Source: an uncultured Acetobacteraceae bacterium (GTDB taxonomy: Bacteria > Pseudomonadota > Alphaproteobacteria > Acetobacterales > Acetobacteraceae). Taken from it: a stretch of DNA of 42,583 nucleotides. Position numbers and translations under genes: made by a program. Shown here piece by piece: positions 33,150-42,180 of this stretch (position 1 is its first letter; every line of letters starts with the position of its first letter). Under the pieces are notes generated by a model. It did no database searches and had not been told where the DNA came from. It worked only from the letters and a program-made list of their open reading frames with translations. The stretch is taken from NCBI GenBank assembly GCA_964247395.1, contig CAXTUK010000001.1, positions 1-42,583 of the forward strand, in the 5' to 3' direction.

Positions 33150-34428
33150 CGCCGTCTTCTGTGCGGCTGCGTGCCTCGTTCTCGCGGGTCACGCAGCCGC
33201 AGCCGACGTCGCGGCGGCTGCGGCTGGCGACTTCCTCGACTCGATGGGCATCAACCTGCATGTCGACCAGGACTACGATCCGCAATCATACGTGGAGCCG
33301 CTCCGCTACACCGGCGTGCGCGAGGTTCGCGACGGCGAGCGTCACGTCGATCGCGACATCGCCATACACAGGCAGACCGGCGTCCGCTTCGTCGTCAACG
33401 GTGGCGGCGATCTTGACGGCCTTCTCTCGGCCGGCAGGGCGCTTTCGAGCGCCGGCGCGCTCCTCGCTCTCGAAGGCCCGAACGAGCCCGGCAACTTTCC
33501 GATCCGTTTCAACGGAACCGTCGGCGGAGGCGACGCCAGGACGTGGCTTCCGGTCGCCCGGTTCCAGACCGACCTCTACACGCTCGCCAAGACCGACCGC
33601 GTTCTCGAACGCTACCCCGTCTTCGGCGTCTCCGAGACGGGCGCCGAGATCGACGACGTTGGCCTGCAGTTCCTCGTCGTCCCCCCTGGCGCAGCCACCG
33701 CGCTCCCGGCCGGATCGCGTCTCTCCGACTACCTCAACGAACATAACTACGTCATCGGCAAGGGCGACCGCTACACCGACAACCAGGCGTGGAACGCCGC
33801 CGATCCCGCACTGAACGGACGCTGGGACGGCGCCTACGGCAACAACGCGCTCACCTGGCGTCGGCATTATTCCGGCTATGATCCGGCAGCCTTGCAGGCG
33901 CTGCCGCGCGTCACCACCGAGACCGGCTGGGACACCGCCGCGAACCCCGGCGGCCAGCGCATCCAGGGCGTGGTGCTGACCAACACCTATCTGGCGCAGT
34001 TCAAGCGAGGCTGGGCCTACACCTTCGTCTACGAGTTGCGCGACGGCGAAGGCGGCAAGGGCTCCCAGGGCATCTATAGCGGGTCCGCGCCGAAGCTGGC
34101 GGCGACCTATATCCACAACCTGACCACCATCCTCGCCGACCCGTCACGCCCTGCGAGGCAGCGCCGGCTCGGCTACGCGATCGCCGGCCAGCCCGCGACC
34201 GTGCACGACCTGCTGCTCGCCAAGAGCAGCGGACAGTTCGACCTCGTCATCTGGGACGAGCGCGTGAGCGGCGAGGACGCCGTCCGCGTCAGCTTCGCCG
34301 GCGCACACCACAGGATCAGGATCTACGACATCACGGAGGGCACCGCGCCGATCCGCACGGCGCAGGACAAGGCCGAGATCGATCTGGGCATGAGCGATCA
34401 TGCGCTCGTCCTCGCGGTCGATGATTGA
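33139..34428 (+). CDS. Secreted glycoside-hydrolase-like protein, paralog 2 of 3 (clan GH-A-like)
   Basis: The GTG at 33139 gives the signal peptide VRADAVFCAAACLVLAGHAAAA. Contains MGINLHVDQ, LALEGPNEP (the acid/base NE motif), LPRVTTETGW (candidate nucleophile Glu), FVYELRD and YIHNLTTILAD. Overlaps the transferase stop by 11 nt. Confidence 0.7.
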   Translation: MRADAVFCAAACLVLAGHAAAADVAAAAAGDFLDSMGINLHVDQDYDPQSYVEPLRYTGVREVRDGERHVDRDIAIHRQTGVRFVVNGGGDLDGLLSAGRALSSAGALLALEGPNEPGNFPIRFNGTVGGGDARTWLPVARFQTDLYTLAKTDRVLERYPVFGVSETGAEIDDVGLQFLVVPPGAATALPAGSRLSDYLNEHNYVIGKGDRYTDNQAWNAADPALNGRWDGAYGNNALTWRRHYSGYDPAALQALPRVTTETGWDTAANPGGQRIQGVVLTNTYLAQFKRGWAYTFVYELRDGEGGKGSQGIYSGSAPKLAATYIHNLTTILADPSRPARQRRLGYAIAGQPATVHDLLLAKSSGQFDLVIWDERVSGEDAVRVSFAGAHHRIRIYDITEGTAPIRTAQDKAEIDLGMSDHALVLAVDD

Positions 34429-34468
34429 CCGCGGGCGGTCGCCTGACGGTTGACCGCGGGCGGTCGCC
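34425..34468. repeat. Two exact copies of the 19-mer TTGACCGCGGGCGGTCGCC (each containing the palindrome GACCGCggGCGGTC), 25-nt period
   Basis: Copies at 34425-34443 and 34450-34468, in the 78-nt gap between the GH-like gene and gmd paralog 2. The first copy overlaps the TGA stop. Confidence 0.9.
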
Positions 34469-34479
34469 CGTCCGATTGA

Positions 34480-35483
<1,004 letters not shown>

Positions 35484-35484
<1 letters not shown>

Positions 35485-36428
35485 TGCCTGCGCCCATCGC
35501 CGAACGAGACCGCACGGTTTCTATCCTGGTGACCGGCGCAAACGGCTTCGTCGGCCGCCACGCCGTCGCTGCGATCCGGGCGCGCTCGCCCGATTCGGTC
35601 ATCCACGACGCTCATTTCGAACTCACGTCCCCTGTCGAGGTGGCCGCCGCCGTCGAGAACGCGCGTCCCGACACCTGTCTGCATCTGGCGGCCGTCACCG
35701 CGGTCCCGGACGCGACCGCCGATCCGGACCAGGCCTGGTCCGTCAATCTCGCCGGCACCCTGACCCTCGCGCGAGCCCTGCTGCGGATCGTGCCCGAGTG
35801 CCGCCTAGTCTTCGCCTCCAGCGCGGACGCCTACGGCGCCTCCTTCCGCGCCAGACTGGCACTGGACGAGACCGCGCCGCTCGCGCCGCTCAACACCTAC
35901 GGCGCCACCAAGGCGGCCGCCGACCTCGCACTCGGCGCCATGGTGTCCGACGGTCTTCGGGTCATCCGCCTCCGTCCGTTCAACCACACCGGGCCCGGCC
36001 AGCGCGACAGCTTCGTCATCGCCGCCTTCGCACGCCAGCTGGCACTCATCGGCGCCGGCAGGACGGAGCCGGTGATCCGGGTCGGTGCGCTCGACACCGA
36101 GCGCGACTTCCTCGACGTCCGCGACGTGGCGAGAGCATACGCGGCGTGCGTCCTCGACACTACGCTGGCCTCGGGGACCATCCTCAACATCGCCTCGGGC
36201 AAGCCACGCCGGATCGGCGACGTGCTCGAGGCCCTGATCCGGATCGGCGGCTTCGCGGCGCGGGTTGAGACCGACCCCTCGCGCATCCGCCCGATCGACA
36301 TCCCGCGAGCCGTCGGCAGTGCGGCGACCGCCGAGAACCTGCTTGGCTGGCGACCGCGCATCGACTGGGAACGCACCCTGTCCGACGTCATGCAGGACTG
36401 GCGCGAGCGGGTTCAGGCGGACCGATGA
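35484..36428 (+). CDS. rmd: GDP-4-dehydro-6-deoxy-D-mannose reductase (Rmd-type; GDP-D-rhamnose or 6-deoxy-D-talose forming)
   Basis: By-eye alignment to P. aeruginosa Rmd: ILVTGANGFVGRH, SSADAYG, YGATKAAADL, RPFNHTGPGQRDSFVIAAFARQLA and DTERDFLDVRDVARAY. Start re-assigned to ATG 35484 inside track ORF 35199..36428. Confidence 0.8.
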
Positions 36429-37045
36429 GGTCCACCCCGCCCATGGCGATGTGGACCGGCGGGGCGTTCGGCGCCGCGATCCTCATCGTCGTGATCGCCG
36501 CCGGCTTGTTCGGGGCAGGAACGAAGGCGATCGATGTCGGCCTGCTCGCGACCGCCCGGCTGGCGTTCCTGTTCTTCTGGCCTGCCTACGCCGGCGGCGC
36601 GCTGACGGCGCTGTTCGGCACGGCATTCAGTCCCGTCAAGCGCCGGGCGAAGGAGCTCGGCCTCGCGTTCGCTTCCGTCGAGATCGTCCATCTTGGTCTG
36701 GTGGCATGGCTCTGCCTGATCGGCGACGCGCCGTCGGTGTCCACGTTCCTGTTCTTCGGCTTCGCGGTCCTCTGGACGGCGATGCTGGCGCTCCTGTCGA
36801 TCGATCGCATGCGGCGCGCGTTCGGACCGAAATCATGGTGGCTGGTCCGCGTCGTCGGCCTCAACTACATCGCATACGCCTTCTACGCCGATTTCGCGCG
36901 CGATCCGTTCGGCGGCGGCTCGAGACACATGCTCGAGTATCTTCCCTTCTACCTCCTGGCCGTTGCGGGACCGGCGCTGCGCCTGATCGCGTCCTTCAGG
37001 CAGGCCGCCGCGCAATGGCGCCGCAGGATACAGCAAATCGTCTGA
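36425..37045 (+). CDS. Hypothetical polytopic membrane protein (about 6 TM), translationally coupled to rmd
   Basis: ATGA overlap with the rmd stop. Hydrophobic segments AILIVVIAAGLF, LAFLFFWPAYAGGALTALF, IVHLGLVAWLCLI, FLFFGFAVLWTAMLALL and LPFYLLAVAGPAL. No family recognised. Confidence 0.55.
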   Translation: MRSTPPMAMWTGGAFGAAILIVVIAAGLFGAGTKAIDVGLLATARLAFLFFWPAYAGGALTALFGTAFSPVKRRAKELGLAFASVEIVHLGLVAWLCLIGDAPSVSTFLFFGFAVLWTAMLALLSIDRMRRAFGPKSWWLVRVVGLNYIAYAFYADFARDPFGGGSRHMLEYLPFYLLAVAGPALRLIASFRQAAAQWRRRIQQIV

Positions 37046-37280
37046 TCCTGTCAGCATGACCTGACACCGCCGCATTTGGCGGCTGCGCATCCAACTTGAC
37101 ACACGCAATGGAAAGAAATTCGTGGCGACGCAATTACATCGAAAAAACTCAATTTCCGGCGCCTAAAAACACATTCCGGCAGCGCCGTTTTCGCAAGAAA
37201 GATAATCGCCGATTGGCTCTGGCCATCGGCCGAGACATCCACTACGCCTGCCGCCTTTCGGTTTGCAGCAGCGGGTGTGC
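37046..37280 (+). promoter_or_regulatory. AT-richer intergenic region upstream of GH-like paralog 3 (possible terminator hairpins plus promoter/operator repeats)
   Basis: Small hairpins TGTCAG/CTGACA (37049-37066) and GCCGC/GCGGC (37069-37083) without a U-tract. TTGACA at 37096-37101. Direct repeats of TTCCGGC at 37154-37160 and 37174-37180. Confidence 0.3.
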
Positions 37281-38711
37281 ATGTTTCAGAAAATAATCCT
37301 CTCCGGTCTTCTCGGTCTGAGCGTCGTTCCCGGCGCGCGAGCCGCCACGTTCGGAACCGTCTCGGCGCCTCCGATCGACAACCTGACATCGATCTGGGGC
37401 ATGAACGTTCGTCTCGAATACACGGACGGCCATTATAATGGAACCAGTCCGGTCAACAATCAGCCCGACGTCCGGAACGACATCGCCGATCTGCTCTATC
37501 TCGGATCGAACGGGCCGGCGTTCCGCAGCGTCCGCGACGTGCTGCCGAACAGCAATGCCGGAACCGGCATGGGCGCCGTCTACGGGCAGCAGCTTTCCGC
37601 CATCCAGCAGTTCGTCCACAGCGGCATCGGCTTCACCTTCCTGACCGGCAACACGCAGGGAGCCGACACGCCCAATCAGACGGTCGCGCAGACGCTCACG
37701 CAACTCGAACTGACGGCCTCCTATGCGCCGCCGTCGGCCAACCAGAACCCGAGCCAGCCGCCGCCTTCGCTCAAGTTCGTCGAGGGACCCAACGAGGTCG
37801 ACAGCAACTACAGCTTCGCCGGCAAGAGCGGCAACGCCGCCGGCATCGCCTGGGGGCAGCAACTCTACCAGGCCAAGAACGCAAGCCCCTTGGTCCATGT
37901 CTACATGACCGATTTCACCACCCAGGCGAACCCGGGCACGTGCGTGATCGGCTACTACGCCGACGAGGCCAACAACCACGCCTACCCGAATAACGGTACG
38001 CCGCCCGGTGGCATGCTGGCGAGCGATTTCGCCGCGTCCTACGGCAACGTTCCCGCGCACTGTCCGTATGGCCTGCCGAAGGCGGTCACCGAGGACGGCT
38101 ATCCGTCGCCGGATGACGCCAATCCGAACAACTACGGGTCGAACCGGGGCGACATCAACCGACGCGAGGTCAGCCAGGGCGCGCAGATGGAATACTTGCT
38201 CGATCTCGGCATGGACGCCTACGCCCAGGGCCTGCGCGAGATCGACTTCTATCAGCTGCTCGCCGCCTACACCGATCCGAACGGAACCAACGAGGACACC
38301 GAGTTCGGCTGGTTCAACTATGACGGATCGCCCAAGCCGGTGGCCCAGGCCTACCACGCGCTCACCGGCCTGCTGATCGACGGCAGCGCCTACGACACGA
38401 CGCCGCGGAGCCTGACCTACGCGCTTGACAATCCACCGAGCGGCGGCGGCAGCCAGGTCTTCTCGACCTATGACGGCTCGCGCTATTTCGTCGTGGTCTG
38501 GGGCGAGTACGACATCTTCAACCCGGCGACCAGCACGCAGCAGGACCCTCCGGGCGTCGGCACGACGCTGACCCTCCCTGCGCCGGCCTCCTCGATCACG
38601 CTCTACGATCCCACCCGCTTTGCCTCTACCCAGCAGGCCTCTTGCAGCCACTGCGCCAGCCTGTTCGGCACGTTCGGATCTCATCCCGAAGTCTTCGTCA
38701 TCAAACCCTGA
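37281..38711 (+). CDS. Secreted glycoside-hydrolase-like protein, paralog 3 of 3 (clan GH-A-like)
   Basis: The ATG at 37281 gives the signal peptide MFQKIILSGLLGLSVVPGARA. Contains WGMNVRLEY, FVEGPNEVD, LPKAVTEDGY, DFYQLL and AYHALTGLLID. Confidence 0.7.
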   Translation: MFQKIILSGLLGLSVVPGARAATFGTVSAPPIDNLTSIWGMNVRLEYTDGHYNGTSPVNNQPDVRNDIADLLYLGSNGPAFRSVRDVLPNSNAGTGMGAVYGQQLSAIQQFVHSGIGFTFLTGNTQGADTPNQTVAQTLTQLELTASYAPPSANQNPSQPPPSLKFVEGPNEVDSNYSFAGKSGNAAGIAWGQQLYQAKNASPLVHVYMTDFTTQANPGTCVIGYYADEANNHAYPNNGTPPGGMLASDFAASYGNVPAHCPYGLPKAVTEDGYPSPDDANPNNYGSNRGDINRREVSQGAQMEYLLDLGMDAYAQGLREIDFYQLLAAYTDPNGTNEDTEFGWFNYDGSPKPVAQAYHALTGLLIDGSAYDTTPRSLTYALDNPPSGGGSQVFSTYDGSRYFVVVWGEYDIFNPATSTQQDPPGVGTTLTLPAPASSITLYDPTRFASTQQASCSHCASLFGTFGSHPEVFVIKP

Positions 38712-38738
38712 CGGCGCGCCCTCCTCAGCTCCCGTGCA

Positions 38739-39578
38739 TCAAGTCTGGCATCCCGGACACCAGTAGAGCGTCCGGCCGCCCATCTTCTCAGCCAGCACCG
38801 TCGTCCCGCAGATCAGGCAGCGCCGCCCCGCACGATGCGCGACATAGGTCGCGTCCTCCCGGCGTACCCGCCCCGACCGGCTGCTACGATGCTCCGGCTC
38901 GGTGGTCACGATGCGTCCGGTCCTCACCCCGTCGCGCAGCAACGACCGGATGTCCTCCCACATCGCATCCCACACCGACGCCGACAGCGCCCGCCCCTCG
39001 CGGCGTGGATCGACCCGCGCCCGGAACAGCGTCTCCGCCCGGTAGATGTTTCCGATCCCGGCCACGATGTCCTGGCGCATCAGCAACTGCCCGATCGCCA
39101 TTCGCGACGCGTGCAGCCGCTCGAATGCCCGGCCCGGATCGGCGTCGTCCCGCAACGGGTCCTCGCCGAGGCGCGCCATCGACGACACCTTCTCCTCGGC
39201 ACTCAGCACCACGCAGGCCGTGGGCCCGCTCAGGTCGGCGACATTCCTGCGCGTCGCCAGCCGCAGCCTCACCAGACCCCTCGGTTCCGGCGGAAACACC
39301 TCCGCCGCTGCCAGCGGCCGACGCCCGAATCCCGCGAGACCGGGCCCCGCGAACCGCCACATCCCGTAGAGACCCAGATGCACCCGCAGCCAGACCCCGC
39401 CCGAGAAGCCCAGGAACATCTGCTTGCCGTGTGCCGCTGCCGCCTCCAGCACCCGCCCGTCGAGCATCGCCGCCCCCTCGACGAACCGCCCCTGCGGACT
39501 GCTCGCGTCGGCCGGCCGGTCGACGAAGCGCGCGCCGAACGCGCCGGCGAGCCGATGCACCGTATGACCCTCGGGCAT
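38739..39578 (-). CDS. nei: Fpg/Nei-family DNA glycosylase/AP lyase (endonuclease VIII-like)
   Basis: MPEGHTVHRLA N-terminus (start re-assigned to ATG 39576-39578 after GGGAGAAAG). H2TH block QDIVAGIGNIYRAETLFRA and C-terminal zinc finger CLICGT...YWCPGCQ. Confidence 0.85.
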   Translation of the reverse strand: MPEGHTVHRLAGAFGARFVDRPADASSPQGRFVEGAAMLDGRVLEAAAAHGKQMFLGFSGGVWLRVHLGLYGMWRFAGPGLAGFGRRPLAAAEVFPPEPRGLVRLRLATRRNVADLSGPTACVVLSAEEKVSSMARLGEDPLRDDADPGRAFERLHASRMAIGQLLMRQDIVAGIGNIYRAETLFRARVDPRREGRALSASVWDAMWEDIRSLLRDGVRTGRIVTTEPEHRSSRSGRVRREDATYVAHRAGRRCLICGTTVLAEKMGGRTLYWCPGCQT

Positions 39579-39627
39579 GGACTTTCTCCCGTCCTCGTCC
39601 AAGATCGGCACAGAGCGGAGGACATTC

Positions 39628-39909
39628 GTGCCTGAAACCGAGACCCAGGCCTACGACGAGATCGTGGCGATCCTGTCGAAGGAAACCGGGATCGAGCCGG
39701 AGCGCCTGACCCCGGACGCCACCATCCAGGGTCTCGGCATCCAGTCGATCGACCTGGTCCAGGCGATCTTCGCCATCGAGACCCGGTTCGACATCGAGAT
39801 CCCGCTTGGCGTCGAGGCCGACAGCGCCAGCGTTACCGTGGGCGACTTCATCCGCCACATCCAGGCCAGGATCGGCCTCGACAGCGGCGGCGTGCCGGCC
39901 GCCCTCTAG
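39628..39909 (+). CDS. Acyl carrier protein (dedicated to the PKS operon)
   Basis: The GTG at 39628 lies 6 nt after GGAGGA. Ser attachment motif GLGIQSIDLVQ. 93 aa. Confidence 0.75.
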   Translation: MPETETQAYDEIVAILSKETGIEPERLTPDATIQGLGIQSIDLVQAIFAIETRFDIEIPLGVEADSASVTVGDFIRHIQARIGLDSGGVPAAL

Positions 39910-39913
39910 TCCA

Positions 39914-41122
39914 GTGGAATCGCGCCGTGTCGCCGTCACCGGCCTCGGCGCCGTCTGCGCCATCGCCGGCAACGTCCCGGACTACGCGGCCGCGTTGCGC
40001 ACGGGCGCCTGCGGCATCGGTCCGCTCGAAGGCCTGCCGCTCGACCGTCTGACCGTTCGCACCGCGGCCCGGATCGCCGGCTTCGATCCCGCCGCGCACT
40101 TCGAGCCCAGGCGCCTTGCCGGGCTCGACCGCGTGTCCCAGTTCGCCCTCGTCGCCGCCCGAGAGGCCTGCGAGGCCTTCGCCAGTCCCATCGTCGACCC
40201 GGCCCGTGCCGGCGTCATCTTCGGCGCCGGCATCGGCATTGAGTCCTTCGATGCCGCCTCGCATGCGCTCTACGCCGGCAACGCCAGGCGACTGCCGCCG
40301 CTGACCGTGCCGCGCATCATGCCGAACGCGCCCGCGAGCCACCTCACGATCGAATTCGGCCTGCGCGGCCCGAGCTTTGCGGTCGCGTCCGCCTGCGCGT
40401 CCGCCACCCACGCGATCGGGCTCGCGTTCCACATGATCCGCGCCGGGCTTCTCGACGTCGCACTCACCGGCGGCAGCGACGCCTCCTTCACTCTCGGCTT
40501 CATGAAGGCCTGGGACGCACTGCGCGTCCTCAGCCCCGACCTCTGCCGCCCGTTCTCCCGCGACCGCGCCGGCCTCGTCATCGGCGAGGGCGCCGGCGTG
40601 CTACGGCTCGAGGAGTGGCACCTGGCCGAGAGGCGCGGCGCCACCATCCACGCCGAGATCCTCGGCTTCGGCATGAGTGCCGACTCCGCCGACCTCATCG
40701 CGCCCGACCGCGACGGCGCCGCGTCGGCGATGCGCGCCGCCCTCGCCGACGCCGACCTCGCTCCTTCGGCGATCGGCTATGTCAACGCGCACGGCACCGG
40801 CACGCGCCTGAACGACCTGACTGAATCGGCGGCGCTACATGACGTATTCGGCCCGCATCTCGACCGCCTTCCCGTCTCGTCGACCAAGTCGATGATCGGC
40901 CATTGCTTCAACGCCGGCGGCGCGCTGGAACTCATCGCAACAATACTGGCGTTGCGCGACGGCGTCATACCGCCCACCATCAACTTCACCGGGCCCGATC
41001 CGCAGTGCCCGGTCGACTGCGTTCCGAACGAGGCGCGCCTGGCGCCGATCGAGCTGGCGCTCTCCAACTCCTTCGCGTTCGGCGGCCTGAACGCGACACT
41101 CGCGGTGGGACGAGCCCCATGA
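39914..41122 (+). CDS. Beta-ketoacyl-ACP synthase I/II family (FabF-like elongating KAS)
   Basis: The GTG at 39914 gives VESRRVAVTGLG. Active-site Cys is VASACASATHAIG; the His residues are in NAHGTGT and STKSMIGHCFNAGG; C-terminal NSFAFGGLNA. Confidence 0.9.
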   Translation: MESRRVAVTGLGAVCAIAGNVPDYAAALRTGACGIGPLEGLPLDRLTVRTAARIAGFDPAAHFEPRRLAGLDRVSQFALVAAREACEAFASPIVDPARAGVIFGAGIGIESFDAASHALYAGNARRLPPLTVPRIMPNAPASHLTIEFGLRGPSFAVASACASATHAIGLAFHMIRAGLLDVALTGGSDASFTLGFMKAWDALRVLSPDLCRPFSRDRAGLVIGEGAGVLRLEEWHLAERRGATIHAEILGFGMSADSADLIAPDRDGAASAMRAALADADLAPSAIGYVNAHGTGTRLNDLTESAALHDVFGPHLDRLPVSSTKSMIGHCFNAGGALELIATILALRDGVIPPTINFTGPDPQCPVDCVPNEARLAPIELALSNSFAFGGLNATLAVGRAP

Positions 41123-42180
41123 CCCCCTACCTCAACCGCATCGGCACCGCGGTCCCGCGCCACGACGTCCACGCGGCCTTCGTCGCCTTCGCCGGCAGCC
41201 TGTTCCCCGACGACCGAACCAGGATTCTGTTCAAACGTCTCGCCGAGCGCGGCGGCATCGAGCGCCGTTACTCCGTCTTCGCGCCCGGTGACCTCGGCGC
41301 CGGCGAGATCGACGCCGGCGGCTTCTATCGGCGCGGCGACTTCCCCACTACCGCCGCCCGCATGGCGCAGTACGAGACCCACGCGATCGAACTCGCACTC
41401 GCGGCCGTGCGCGATCTCGACGCCGACATGGCCGAAATCACCCACCTGATCGTCGCCTCCTGCACCGGCTTCTCCGCCCCCGGCCTGGACCTGCAGCTCG
41501 CCGACCGCCTCGGACTCCGCCCCGACATCGAGCGGAGCATTCTCGGCTTTATGGGCTGCTCGGCCGCCGTGCCCGCGCTCCGCGCCGCCAGCAACGCCGT
41601 CCGCGCCGATCCCCACGCGCGCGTTCTCGTCGTCAACCTCGAGCTCTGCACCCTGCACATGCAGGAAACCGCCGACATCGGGCTCGCACTGTCCTCGCTC
41701 CTGTTTGCCGACGGCGCCGCCGCCTCCCTCGTCACCACGGATCCCGTCGGCCTGGCGCTGGACGAGTTCCGCGCCGCCATCATTCCCGACAGCGCCGGGC
41801 ACATCACCTGGCACATCGGCGACCACGGCTTCCTGATGCATCTCTCCGGCCACGTCCCCGGCCGCATCGTCCAGGCACTCCGCGCCGAGGTCGCCGGCGC
41901 CGGCGCCCGCCTGCTCCGCCAGGGCACCCAGTCGGTCCGCCACTGGGCCGTCCATGCCGGCGGCCGCTCCGTCCTCGACGCCGTCGAGGTCGGGCTTTCG
42001 CTCGGTCGTGACGCGCTCGCCCATTCCCGCGCCGTGCTGCGCGACTTCGGCAACATGTCGTCCGCCACCGTGATGTTCGTCCTGCGCCGCATGCTCGATG
42101 CCGGCGTGGACGGCCCCGGTCTCGCCATCGCGTTCGGCCCCGGCATCGTCGCCGAAACCTTCCGCTTCCGCCTGGTCTGA
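41119..42180 (+). CDS. Type III polyketide synthase (chalcone/stilbene synthase superfamily)
   Basis: ATGA overlap with the KAS stop. Cys is in IVASCTGFSAPG, His in WAVHAGGRSVLD, Asn in FGNMSSATVMF, with C-terminal AFGPG. 353 aa. Confidence 0.9.
   Translation: MTPYLNRIGTAVPRHDVHAAFVAFAGSLFPDDRTRILFKRLAERGGIERRYSVFAPGDLGAGEIDAGGFYRRGDFPTTAARMAQYETHAIELALAAVRDLDADMAEITHLIVASCTGFSAPGLDLQLADRLGLRPDIERSILGFMGCSAAVPALRAASNAVRADPHARVLVVNLELCTLHMQETADIGLALSSLLFADGAAASLVTTDPVGLALDEFRAAIIPDSAGHITWHIGDHGFLMHLSGHVPGRIVQALRAEVAGAGARLLRQGTQSVRHWAVHAGGRSVLDAVEVGLSLGRDALAHSRAVLRDFGNMSSATVMFVLRRMLDAGVDGPGLAIAFGPGIVAETFRFRLV

Noticed and set aside
37049-37124. Rho-independent terminator after the membrane-protein gene, and a sigma70-type promoter at TTGACA (37096-37101).
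   Set aside because: The two hairpins have only 5-6 bp stems and no U-tract. No acceptable -10 hexamer lies 16-18 nt downstream of TTGACA (TTCGTG at best). Both are kept only as part of a low-confidence regulatory region.
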